Below are positions 39,201 through 50,539 of a stretch of DNA of 64,000 bases, piece after piece (position 1 is the stretch's first letter; every line of letters starts with the position of its first letter). The translations under genes were made by a program, and so were the position numbers. The stretch comes from Tubiluchus corallicola. Its lineage: Eukaryota > Animalia > Priapulida. The notes under the pieces were generated by a model. It made no database searches. It was given only the letters and a program-made list of their open reading frames with translations, and had not been told where the DNA came from. Location: positions 62,001 to 126,000 of the forward strand of contig JAQGDQ010000404.1 of the NCBI GenBank assembly GCA_030141605.1. The letters run 5' to 3'.

Positions 39201-42200
39201 TGTGACCATTGCAGGACGAGTAACCGGTGCACATAGGTCATTTGGAGGCAAACGCTGTAGTGATCACATAGCTATGCTTAATGCATTTTATACCTGGGAT
39301 GAAGTGAGGTAAAAATATGAATTCTTGAATCCTTCACTATTTGTTTTTTTGTATTCTGGTTTGTAAATGGTATTTGAATTTTTTGTGCTGTGTTGGGAGC
39401 TTTTCATAACACTGCAATTACAGTCATTTTTCCAACAACCATGTTGTCAAAGTAGTATTATGACACCATGTATGTTGGCTTCTGTTAACTCTTTGAACTT
39501 GTCATTTCAATTGTGTGTTTTAATCATACTTGATGCTTGAAAACTGCCTCGTATTTGGGTTACTATAAACTCACGTGATAAGATTTCAGTGCGAAAAACT
39601 GTTGGATGAAGTCACTTGGTCATTCATGATGTGAAGCTGTAAGAAAAAAGTATACAGAAAAGTTAACATGGGTATTTGCCATTTGCAATACAGTCAGTAA
39701 AGTCACTATTGTTATAAATAATCTAAGTGGCTGGTCAAAATGATTATAGCTGTGAACGGATCTTAAACAGCCAAAAGTTGTAATTTATGGAAAAAACATG
39801 TTGCTAGTAGTAAAATTTCACGTAGAAGTGCCTTCTGGGACAGGATATCAATTTAAATGTCTGACATTGTGACGGTGTTGGAAATCTCTTTATTTGCTTG
39901 AGATTACTTACATGAAGGAAAAGGGCTTCAGTACAAAAGTGTCCTGGAAGTGTCTTGGTATTTGTTGATTTTGATGTCCGTTTTTAATTTTCCGTTATTT
40001 CAGGATGAGAGGGGAGGATGCTGAATCGAATTTTTGCATCAACAAAAGTCTGAACATGCAAATACTACGCATGACCTGTGAAGCTCGCAATCAGCTGCGT
40101 GACATTCTAATCAATTGCGACTTTCCCGAGGATTGTCTTATTCCCACGCATTTTGATGTTCACGGACCCGATCAGCGACTTGACATGGTTAGTTATTATG
40201 CACAATTCTAATTTTCAATCAATACGAAATTCACTCGTTACTCAATTACTCAGGGCTTGTAATCTATTGGGTTTGTTATATGGTTGCAGTTTTTAAGCTG
40301 TATTCAGCGTTTAATCATTTAGCATATTTAAAATCCACATGTGCCATTGTTTGTTAGCTTCTGAAATTATACTATTGCTTGTGCGAGAAAGTGGCTGAAA
40401 ACTTATCTTGAAGGAGTAATTGTAAATAAATAATTAAGTTTGCATTTAGTAAAATTAATAAATTAACAAATGAAAAATTTGTTTTTTGAGCTGGCTGGGT
40501 TTATGAGCACAGGTAGCATTGCTGATGTTTGCTGTTTAACTTTTCAGTTTTTATGTGTACTTATTGCTGCTATACTATCAATAGTTTTTCCTTGCTCTTC
40601 ACCGATTAGATTTTATTATTAATAATCACTTTCACTGTGGTGCTGCGATAATAGTGCTTCAGTGCAAGTCATTGTTATTGATAAATAGTCTTTCAGTGCT
40701 ATTAATGTTTTTACATGGGTTCGCTTGTAGGATAATTGCTATACAAGCCATGTTGTTCTCTTTTGTGTGGAAAAATATAACACCTAGTTAAAGACGAGCC
40801 TGGCACTGTGACTTCTGTGTCGAACGTCCCATATGTAGGAAGTGTTAAAGCGGTTTACGTCCCGATACGTTGAGAAAATGGAAAATTCATTAGGGTACAT
40901 GGGTAAGTGATTATAAGTGTAAAAACAGTCTGCGTTAATTAATTATCTACAGTGTGCGTCGCCAATCACCTACCACCCCCACCCCCACCTCCGTAAATAA
41001 TGCAACAGCTCAGCAATTTCTTTCTCAGTCCGTGCAAGTACTGGCTAGCCCATAAATAAATGGCTCTTTTATATACTGTGATAACATCATTAAATTGTGA
41101 ATATTTGTCTTTTTAGCTGTGTTCAACTCTGACCATGGGACTGTATCCAAATGTGTGTTATCACAAAGAAAAACGGAAAGTGCTGACTACAGGTTGCAAA
41201 GCTGCACTCATACACAAAGGATCAGTGAACAATAGCAAATTTGAACAGAATTTCCCCTCCCCTTTCTTCGTTTTTGGTGAAAAGGTAATCTTTGTTTGCA
41301 TGTTAAAATTTATAGGTAAACGTCTGTATAGTCCTTGTCGTCTGTATATAATACGGAGTATTAAAACAGTAGGCCTAATTTTTGTTTTAGTACTTTTTAT
41401 TTATTGAAGTGTTTTGTTGAGGCAAAAGAATTGAAGCAAGCGTGGCACAGAAGAATGAAACTACTCAAGAATTTGCGTAAGATTGAAAAATGTTGAGAGC
41501 AGGGTTATATTTGCCTGACATTATACGTGATGCCATAATTGACTTCAAAGAGTCCTGTCAGATAACTCTATAAATATACGTTCCTCAGAAGCATCTTTCA
41601 CACATTTATGACGTGCTGTATTAGAAGCATAAAATAGAACAAAAGTTTCCGTTGCTTTCAAATTCTGTAAATATTTGTTTAAAGTTTTGTTTCATGTCAA
41701 ATGTCTAATATCTGGAAAACTCAGACAGCATAGCAAATTTTAATGGAACCATCATAATAAAACATCACCAACTTTGTTGCTAAATGAATGTATAAAACTG
41801 GTCTAAAAGAAAATGCAATTTAAATGCACGGCTGCATAGCATGCACATCTCTAATTCATTTGGTGCTCTGGTTATAGAGCTGGTGCTCTGGTTATAGAGC
41901 TGTTGTTTGTGTTTTTATAGATTCGGACACGTGCAGTGTCTGCGAAACAGATGACCATGGTGTCTCCATTACAACTTCTCACATTCTCAAACAGTACAGT
42001 CGTCAATGATGGTGGTGACATCATTATTGATAATTGGTTAGTAATTATTGTAGCTTTAAATATTTTTTGATTTACTCTCTTATATGTCCCGATCATATGC
42101 AAATACATAATCCGTCTCGAAGGTTGAGGATATTTTATGTGAAGATAAGTGCCATTTTTTCGAAATAGAAGATAAAGGAGATATATTTTGAGGAAGTGAC

Positions 42201-43359
42201 TTTAGGTTGTTGTTATTACAATTAGTTTAGCTAAAACTGTCAACTGCATTCTTTCCTGCATAATAACTTATTTAATTATTGATTATTAATTAATTACATA
42301 ATTAGTAACATTGAAATTGTGTTATTGGTGGTTGAATGATATAATTACCTGTATGATTGACTGCACCAATGACTTATTTAAGTTTTGACTACCAATTTTT
42401 CATAACCGCACTTCACTAGTTGCAGTAGGTAACATTTGTTGCATATGGAACATAAGTAAATGCTTGAACAAAGAAGTGAATAATAAGAATGATTCGTGAA
42501 CACCCAGCTCCATATCTGGAGTTGCCAGTCACTAATATTACATTCACAATGAAATTTTTAGGATTCGTTTAAAAATGTCACATCAAGTGGCCGCTAAATT
42601 AGTGGCACTGCGACCGGCTGTTGATGCCCTGATAGTGAAAGGCACGAGCAATCCAGAGTGCATCACAGACCCTGCTGACATTGACAAGAAGCTTATAACT
42701 GTGTTGAAGGAAATTTCTGACTTATACGCAGCTGACTACAACATTCAAAGAGAGCAAAAGGAAACTGGGTATGTTAAAAATGCTTTATCTAGTGGACATT
42801 TGTTTATTTAAGGGCTTTTAAAATCACTTTTTTGATAATAACCAGTTTCTGATTTCAAAATCTTGTATCTAAGTTAACCGTCAAGATTAATTTTAATAAA
42901 CCATGACATAGTTCTAATAGTGTCCATCAATTTTAGCTAAGATTTACTTTGCCGCCGAACTTTAAAAAGATATTTTTTAATATTGACATATTTTCTTCCT
43001 ATTGAATCCATTTACATTTTAGTGTCAGTTTAAAAAGCTTAGACTAGCAGATGTATGTTACGTTGAGGAGCAATGCATCACTTATTTTGCAAAATAGCTC
43101 TTTTATAGAGTGTCTTCGGGACTGTATTTTATAGCTCTTTTATATAGCCTTTTTATTTGGTTATTCATTTTTTAGACGGCCTGGCCAATCAGAATTTGGA
43201 CTACCCCCGCCAAAACGATTCAGCTACAGAGGTGGCGGCGGATATAGAGGAGGTGGATTTGGTAGTGGAGGACGTGGATTTGGTGGTCATGGAGGTGGAT
43301 ATGGTGGCAGAGGTCGTGGAAGGGGCTTCGGAGGTCGAGGTTTTGGACCAAGATTTTAA
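22580..43359 (+). CDS. DHX9: ATP-dependent RNA helicase A (DHX9 / maleless ortholog), ~1226 aa
   Basis: 24 coding exons: 22580-22693, 22998-23138, 23888-24005, 24717-24799, 25128-25267, 26848-26894, 28041-28177, 28826-28915, 29949-30122, 31562-31759, 32110-32323, 33932-34171, 34693-34841, 35394-35708, 36375-36448, 36562-36714, 37597-37757, 38461-38572, 39147-39308, 40004-40187, 41117-41284, 41921-42036, 42562-42768, 43176-43359; 3681 nt, in frame. Two dsRBDs ([19 protein letters not shown]; [29 protein letters not shown]), [62 protein letters not shown]2/OB regions and an RGG-rich tail. Confidence 0.97.
28502..28587 (+). ncRNA. Intronic box C/D snoRNA with 18S rRNA guide (DHX9 intron between coding exons 7 and 8)
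   Basis: Terminal stem agcaagccc (28502-28510)/gggtttgct (28579-28587); box C GTGATGA 28512-28518; D' ATGA 28531; C' GTGATT 28541; box D CTGA 28575-28578. Guide CACTCTAATTTTTT (28560-28573) is the exact complement of the conserved 18S segment AAAAAAUUAGAGUG (recalled). Confidence 0.85.
30158..30205. repeat. (AT)n microsatellite
   Basis: About 24 perfect AT units shortly after the donor of DHX9 coding exon 9. Confidence 0.95.
36213..36309 (+). ncRNA. Candidate box C/D snoRNA (orphan, or diverged SNORD99-like paralog) in DHX9 intron 14/15
   Basis: C ATGATGA 36228-36234, D' TTGA 36249, C' TGAGGA 36262, D CTGA 36293-36296. Flanks can pair imperfectly (ttcttg..ccaaga / ttttagcaagaa). Box D lies ~78 nt upstream of the 3' splice site. 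Pre-D sequence TGTGGATACGAAA matches TGCGGATATGGGC of the 37400 snoRNA at 8/13. Confidence 0.5.
37384..37480 (+). ncRNA. SNORD99: Box C/D snoRNA, SNORD99-like, guiding 2'-O-methylation of a 28S rRNA A (DHX9 intron 16/17)
   Basis: About 14-bp flanking stem ctatttttgctgaga/tcttagcaaaatag; C ATGATGA 37400-37406; D CTGA 37463-37466. Guide TGCGGATATGGG (37450-37461) is complementary to the conserved 28S CCCAUAUCCGCA and the same as the guide I recall for human SNORD99 (UGCGGAUAUGGG-N-CUGA). The D+5 rule points at the A of CCCA. Confidence 0.88.
41861..41902 (+). repeat. 20-bp perfect tandem duplication just upstream of the DHX9 exon 22 acceptor
   Basis: tggtgctctggttatagagc x2 (41861-41880, 41881-41900). 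Confidence 0.9.
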
Positions 43360-45269
43360 ATTTTTATTTTCATGTTGTTTTGTATCTTAGCAAAACCAAG
43401 AAGCCCAGCTTGTTTCATATTTATTTACAAATGTATGGTATATCCACGAGACTTTAGTGTAAGATGGACAATTTCTGTTGTGTCAACTTTGATTTGGCTT
43501 AATTGTTACACAAGGAGAACATATGAAAGTTTGGTTTTTCAAGGGTATGGAAAAAGTATGTTTGCACTACAGATAAGCGGAAAACAGATAATATAAAATA
43601 AATTCAAGTAAGACGTTTTCTTAAAATTCTGCACTGAATGTTACAAGTACAAACAAGTTTGCCCTAGCAGTCACTCAAAGATAATTTTGGAGTCTTGTTT
43701 TCAGGTGAAGAATTCTATACTTGGGGCAGGAAATTCAAAGAATGCTCATAAAACTCACATGTGCACACACTTTTTATAAAGAAAACCAAAACTTAAAAAA
43801 TGTAACCATTAGGCAATGTACATTTAAATTCCTATCATTATTAATGTTACTTGCTCATTTCCTGCTAAGGCGGTTTTCTTTTTTTCACTAATATGTTCAT
43901 CCACAGTTTTTCGAAATCATCGTACTGAGCAAAAATTAGTGCACTGTACTTTTGAAAATGTTTTTTATGAGTAATCTTGCAAACTTCTTAATGATACCTG
44001 CTCCATCCCAAGTGAGTGAATTAAAGGGGTTAGTGTTGTTTCATGTTCTTCAAATTTATAATTTGAATTTAATGGTTAAAATGATTTGTATTAGGATGGT
44101 GACTGTTTTACTGGTTATTGATTGAGCAGAGTCAGCAAGCAGTTTTTCTGTGTTTGTGCTGCTTGTGTTTACTAATTATTGTATCTTGCAAGTTTGACAT
44201 TTCAATGTACAATTTTTACTTTTTGTTTAAATATGTAGTTTGTTGAAGAACGCTTCTCGACTGTGGTAAAATCTGTCGGTTGTGTAAAGTAAACAATGAA
44301 ACTTTCAAAACAGACATAGTGGATTTATGTTTTTTTTTGATAATTTTCTTTTGACTGGTAAATTGAAAATATTTTTTTAATAGCTATTGTTAGCTCACAG
44401 TACTAACAGAAAATTAGAGCAACGAATGCAGTCTGTGTAAGCCTCAGTTTCTCGCATCAAAAGTAAACATGGTTAAATTTTTAACTGTATTCCTGATGAC
44501 TTGCATGATAATTGACTACTGACTGACCAGCAAACATAAGAGGTGCATGGACATGAAGGTCAAGACATGATGCAAGAAAATGAAAGAAAACAAAGCAAAG
44601 TCAAAAACAACTGAGAAAACCTATACAGTAAAAAAGGGACACAAAAATTTTCATAACAGCTAAAATGTCATCATAGCAGCTACAGCTAAAATGGCTTTGG
44701 AACCAGTCTTGAAATACTACCACCACAGATTGATTAACATTTACATTAAAACTTGTTTGCTGTAAAAATGAGTTCACAAGTGACTGATTGAAGACACAAG
44801 TAACGGCAACACATTTAACAGACAGGCTGTAGCATTTACATGATTAATGATGAAAAAGGAAGAATAGCACCAAGTATTAAGAAAAAACTCTGTTAACAAA
44901 TAGTTGCAACAATTGATAACCACAATAAGAACTCTGCTATTTATGCTACATGTTAAATTTCTAACATCTAGGACATGGGTATCTAATAACAAACAAATCT
45001 AAGACGGGTGTCTAATACCGAAAGAACTTATCATTGTGACAGAACTTATAGTCTCTATTAAGCAGTCTAAAAATGCATCTGCAAGTCAAATTGATAATAA
45101 ACTCTGTATTTACAAATTGTACAGAAACAGAAAGTTAAATAACTAGTAAAAAATGAAGATTTGAAAATTATTTGACTGCTTGCTTTGCAGTTTTTCATCA
45201 CTTAACAGACAAATAGAATTCGTCAAATGCTGAAGTGTCGTGCTTCTTTAAACAATTGCTTTATACTAG

Positions 45270-47928
45270 TCAGCCAACATGGTGCACATTCTTGACATGA
45301 CGCTTCAGATTAGCAATCCTTTTAAAAGTAGTTCCACACTGCTGGCATTTGTGAGGTCGTTTGTCGCTATGCACTAATTCGTGAACAAGTAAGTTCCGCA
45401 TCGCAGAGAATTTCATTGGACACTGGATGCATTCGTAAGGTTTTTCGCCAAGGTGAATGGCCATTTTATGATGTCGCAAGCTGTCTGTACCTGCATATCG
45501 CTTCCCACACAGGTCGCACACATGACGCTTCTCACCAGTGTGGTGCAGTGCATGACGTTTAAGTTGGTTCGACTGTGCAAATGTTGCACTGCACATGTCA
45601 CACTGGAATGGTTTCTCTCCCGTGTGGCAGCGTTTGTGCCGTTTGAGATTCGATGCACTACGAAACTCCGCTTGACATGTGTCGCATATCAGGACCTTTG
45701 TACCTGGAGGAAACTTCTTTGCTTTTTCGCATTTGCGCTCGTGAATGATACGTGTCGTGTTGTGCTCGAATTCTTCCTTGCAAAATCTGCACTTGCACGA
45801 GTTTGGGTGCGCTGTCTTTTTGTGGCGAAACAGGTGATGGCGTCGGTAGTACATTCGCTTGCACAGGTTGCATGCATGAGTTTTGCCTAGCTTGTGATGC
45901 TTCACATGCGTCCGATAGTTGCGTGCATTGTGAAACTTCTTCGAACACCATTCACAAGAAAATGTAACACATGTTTCGTCCTTGATATGCACCCACATAT
46001 GAAAGGTTAAATTCTCCTTAGCAGAAAAAGACTTATCACATTCAAGACATTGATAAGGTTTTGCTCCAGTATGAGTACGTTCATGTCGACGCAAGTGAGA
46101 CGACTGTACAAACTTCGCGTCACATAAATTACATACAAACATTTTCAATTTCATGTGTATTCTTACGTGGCGGATGCCGTTTGAAATGTTACTGAACTGT
46201 TTTTCACAGATTTTGCACTTGTATTTCTTTTTGTCTTGGCCGTCATCACTACATATTGTTACAAGCAACTGCCTTTCTGCCTTCTGCGGCTTCTCCAAGA
46301 TCTGCTTTCTTAAATCTGACTTCATAGGTTGAGAAAGAGCTGCCTTGGTGGTCTTTTCCATAGTAAAATTTGTGCCTGTATGAAAAAGAAATTAAATCAT
46401 TTTAAGTCAATGCACTATTGGCACATTTGATTGCATTTCAGTCTCTTAGAATAATGCTAATAATGTGAGTGTATAAAAATCCTGAACATGCTAATCCAAT
46501 GTTAAAATTAATTACAGTAGCTTCAAAGGCATAGTAAAGAAGTGTATTTTAATAGCGTTATAATTTGACTGTGAAAATCTGTGCTATTCAATATTAAATG
46601 CCTCATCATTATATCACATGTACAACATCAATTAAGCTAACTGGCAGTGTACTCAGTGGCCATTAAGCAGTCAACAACAAATTAAGCTCATCCCTAACTT
46701 CATCAAATAGTAGTACAAAATTTAGCAAAACCATGTACTAAGTTGCAACATCAAAATACAACAACCGATACTTACTCATGTCTGTCAGAATAATAGCTAA
46801 CATTGAATCATCAACTGTAGTTTGACTAGTTTCAGTGCCTTGACATGTAGGAGCTGCTACTGCTGCCACATGAGAAGTACTATTGTTATTCAATGAAACT
46901 TGCGCACCATTCACAATGGTAAAATGCGGCCGCCAGGGAGCATAATCAGTCGACACAATCGCTCCCCCAGTCATCTGAGATGTGCCTGGTTGTACTATTG
47001 AAGTTGATAAAATATCACTGCAGTTGGCTGGTGCTTGAATCTGAATAGGCACTGACTCAAGTGCTGGTACTGCCATTTGCATCTGTGTTGTATCTGCTGG
47101 GTTGCTTATTTGCTGAACATTAAAATATTGTGAACCTAAAAATTCAGTTTTATGTACAGATATTAACCATTTCACTGTATATATGAAAAGTTGCTAACTA
47201 CATTCCCTCAGAGAAGTGTTACTGCGAGTGCTGCTATCATGAATTTACCCAAACTGTGAATTTTCATAGCATCACTTGTAAATAAATGTTCTCTGACGCG
47301 ACATGGTCATCGTACATACAGTTCAGAGGCTGTTGTTAGTATGATTACAAGGGCACAATCTGGGACTCTATAATGCTAAGCTATTTAGATTTATTAAATA
47401 AAATTAGTCAAAATTTAAAATTATTTGACAGTGAAATTGAAGCGAAATTTAATATATGCAGACTACAGGTTGGGATTAGGTGATTCATTATTCAAATGAA
47501 TCCTCTTTTTCAAACAGATAATCTTAAACACAAATTACATTTACACTAAAATAGATAGATATTACATGTATACCAACATAGTCCAAAACATTTTCATAGT
47601 GCATTTTACCTGAATGGGTCGGTGCAACGGTTGCTACTGGACAATGTGTAGCGCTGCTGGTAATCACAGTAAAGTTTTGCTGAAGTAGGGCATTTGAATT
47701 AGGAATGTTGTTGGTTAGATTAGGCAGAGTGACTGCATGGTAAAAGTTACCAGCAGCCTGAATGCCATCATGAGCCGTCTGGGGCACAGTCGAATTGGCC
47801 AGAAATCCACTTCCATCAGGCTGAATTATCAGTCGAGGTTCCACTGATATGTTATTGATCACTGCCATCTGGTGACTATGGCTACCCAGAGGCGTTTGGA
47901 TGGTGAAACCAGCATTGTCTGTTTCCAT
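45270..47928 (-). CDS. C2H2 zinc-finger protein, ~594 aa, 11 fingers
   Basis: Exons (minus): 47928-47610, 47135-46776, 46375-45270 (TGA); 1785 nt, in frame. The last exon encodes 11 fingers with TGEKP-type linkers; finger 6 ends H..C (C2HC). N-terminus is Q/T/S/A-rich with no recognisable BTB/ZAD/KRAB domain. Probable 5'UTR exon with donor at 48453 (T|GTGAGT) and acceptor at 47971. Confidence 0.9.
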
Positions 47929-48567
47929 TTTTAAAATTTAGTGTAACAGAATATTAAATTTCACCAGGAACCTAAAATTGCAAAATAATATAAGTCATTT
48001 TGTCCAAGTTGCTCTAGCTGTTTACTTTTCTATATGTTTAAAGATGACTGGGCTTTGCTGTTATGGAATGCTGCAATAGTTTTGGTGCATCTATTATTGG
48101 GTTAAATTATGCCACTGCCGTATGGGCACTGCGGTATATTATACGTGCACATTCAATATCTCAAGGAATTTCAGTTCTAATCATTATCCTCGTTTAGTTC
48201 ATGATTTTCGCATAGTATATTATGACACTCATAGTATAATAGATGTGTTTGTAGAATCGAATGTCACTGTCACTACGCCAAAAGTATTACCCTAATTCTG
48301 ATGTAAAACTTTCAGCATGACACAAAAACCTGCACTTAAAATTTAAAAACTAACTTTTCTGGGTTAGAGTTCTCTTTATTTTTAAGTTAAAGTTTTTGAC
48401 GTGGCAGCGAAAATAAAACAGAAAATTATCCTTTATTACACTAATTACTCACAGTATTTGCAGCTCGCTCTTAAAAGAATGGGCTCTCTTTTTTTAGTAA
48501 CAAAGTTAGACTGATAAAAATATGTATTCTAAAATAAAAGAAGTAGATACCCAAGACAGGTAAACAC

Positions 48568-48714
48568 CAGAGATGCGCAAACCGCGGCCTCGCGGACCCG
48601 GATCTGCACGATTTTTTTTGCTGATCAACAGACCTTGCGACTGCGGAACTAGGGAATTTCTTAACTATTGTTCGCGGACCCAAATAGCGAGATATGAAAA
48701 TCGCGCAATGTCTA
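48568..48714. mobile_element. Possible short hAT-type MITE or CpG-rich promoter patch upstream of the zinc-finger gene
   Basis: Imperfect terminal inverted repeats cagagatgcgc / gcgcaatgtcta and internal repeats of cgcggaccc. No TSD seen. Confidence 0.35.
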
Positions 48715-50539
48715 ATTATTTTTTTAGGTTTTTTCTGATAATGGAGGATATTTAATTGTTTAGTGACTGATAATGACTAACAGTTTTTGACTCTTACTGT
48801 ATGTGCGTGTTGCCAAAAAGCTCTTGTTTCATCCACTGATTTCACTGCTTTCTCCTTCAGTATGCTGCTATTAGAGGTGCTGAGTAGAAAAATAATTGGC
48901 TGGTGGAATGACTTGAGATTAGTAAAAATTTGATAAAGGAATTATTTTGTACTGTGAAATTGAATGAGTGTGTAACTATCGAACACTTCGATGAAGTGAT
49001 ATTTTGACCTAAGAATGACTGACACGATGGGGCAGCAGTGTACTAAAGAAGAAAGATTTGACATTTCTGTCATTCTGGAAAAGCAATGCAAAACCGATAT
49101 TAGGTGTCCCTGTTCGTTAGCACCATCTGAATGTGTGTTCCGCTTAAGTTGGCAAACTTTTAACAAGAGGAGGACAAGATCATCACACTAAGTCCACAAA
49201 ACTTGGTCAGAAACTTATTTTTAAATGGTAAGCAAAAGTGACTATTCATTTGCAAGAAAGACCAGTTTTTTAGCGATCTGATTGTTGTAAAATCACAGGC
49301 ATCCAAATTTCAGTTCAGTTTTGATTGGTCTTCCCTCTCTTAGTCACATACGAAATGTAAAAATTATTTCTTGTTGTTTATTGTGCTATTTGCTACGTTC
49401 ACTGGACTATCATCAGGTAGTCTAAGCGTATGCCCAATCCATTATAAACTTCTTACTTTTGCCGTCTAGCGTTCCTCTTTTATTTTTTCATACAGACCTT
49501 TATTTGAAAATTTTCTTTGAAATCTGATACGAAAAAAGTTTTTGTGACGCGAAACACACACAAGCAAGAGGCGAAATCTCGTAGTGCTTTCAGAAATTTA
49601 GCAATGATGCCCGCTTTTTCCTGCTCCATGTCCAGTTGCAGAAATCGTTATCATTCACGGACTGAAAAATAAGAATGTCACTTTTAATCACTAAAAAAAG
49701 AAAACGCAATAAATTCGTAGTTTCAACATTATTGTGAGTTTTTAAAGTTCATTAACAAATATCAGTCATTCAAACTGAGATAAGTGGCATAGCCGCATAA
49801 ACCTAGTGCCAAAAAATCTGCATGTTGCTGATTGTTGCAGTAAGTATTTCAATTCAAGTCTCAATAAGTGTTAATAATTGTTTATTTTAGTTTCGTTTTA
49901 TTCCATGTTTCATAACGTGAACCACTAGAAAGCAGGTAAGCAAAGTACGATATAAGACTATCTAGAAAGCACAAGTATTATGCTGTCTACCTTTGTATAT
50001 TGAAATTAGCATTTAAATATTGTTTATTATAAGCTTGTTTTAAAAGTTATTTTGTGTGGAACAAAGGTGTAACACTTACTTTGTTCTAATGCTCCTATAT
50101 TAGCAGTATGTCTACTTAACAGCTCTAGTGTTTGATAAGTGATCTAGTGCTAAGATTTGCACATTTAATTCTGACAATTTAAGATGTCTCCAACCAGATC
50201 AAAACACGACAAAGTTAAATCCAATTATGTAAATGGATGTTTTGAGACATTACTTCCCATAGGGTGATAGTCAGTCCCACCCATCTCTATTATGGATTTA
50301 TAGTTGTTTATTTATTGAAGCACTATACAAAATTACTTGTGCTATATTGGCAGCACTACTACTTAGTACCAACTTGGTCATTGTTTATTAATAATCAGAT
50401 TAGTTACATAATTATATTTTCATAGCTCTTATATCTAAGCAGACTGCACAACCGCTTATGGTGTAGTATCTTTTATGTAATTGTTTAACTACTTGTGGTG
50501 TGTTTTAACACAATCTATAAAATATGCACCTTATAATTA

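Noticed and set aside
13269-43359. MRPS18B next to a DEAH helicase, echoing human MRPS18B-DHX16 linkage in the MHC
   Set aside because: The helicase here has two dsRBDs, DEIH and an RGG tail, so it is DHX9 and not DHX16; probably coincidence.
45413-45967. Overlapping Cys/His-rich ORFs in alternative frames and on the opposite strand
   Set aside because: Shadow ORFs of the zinc-finger exon; no independent gene signals.
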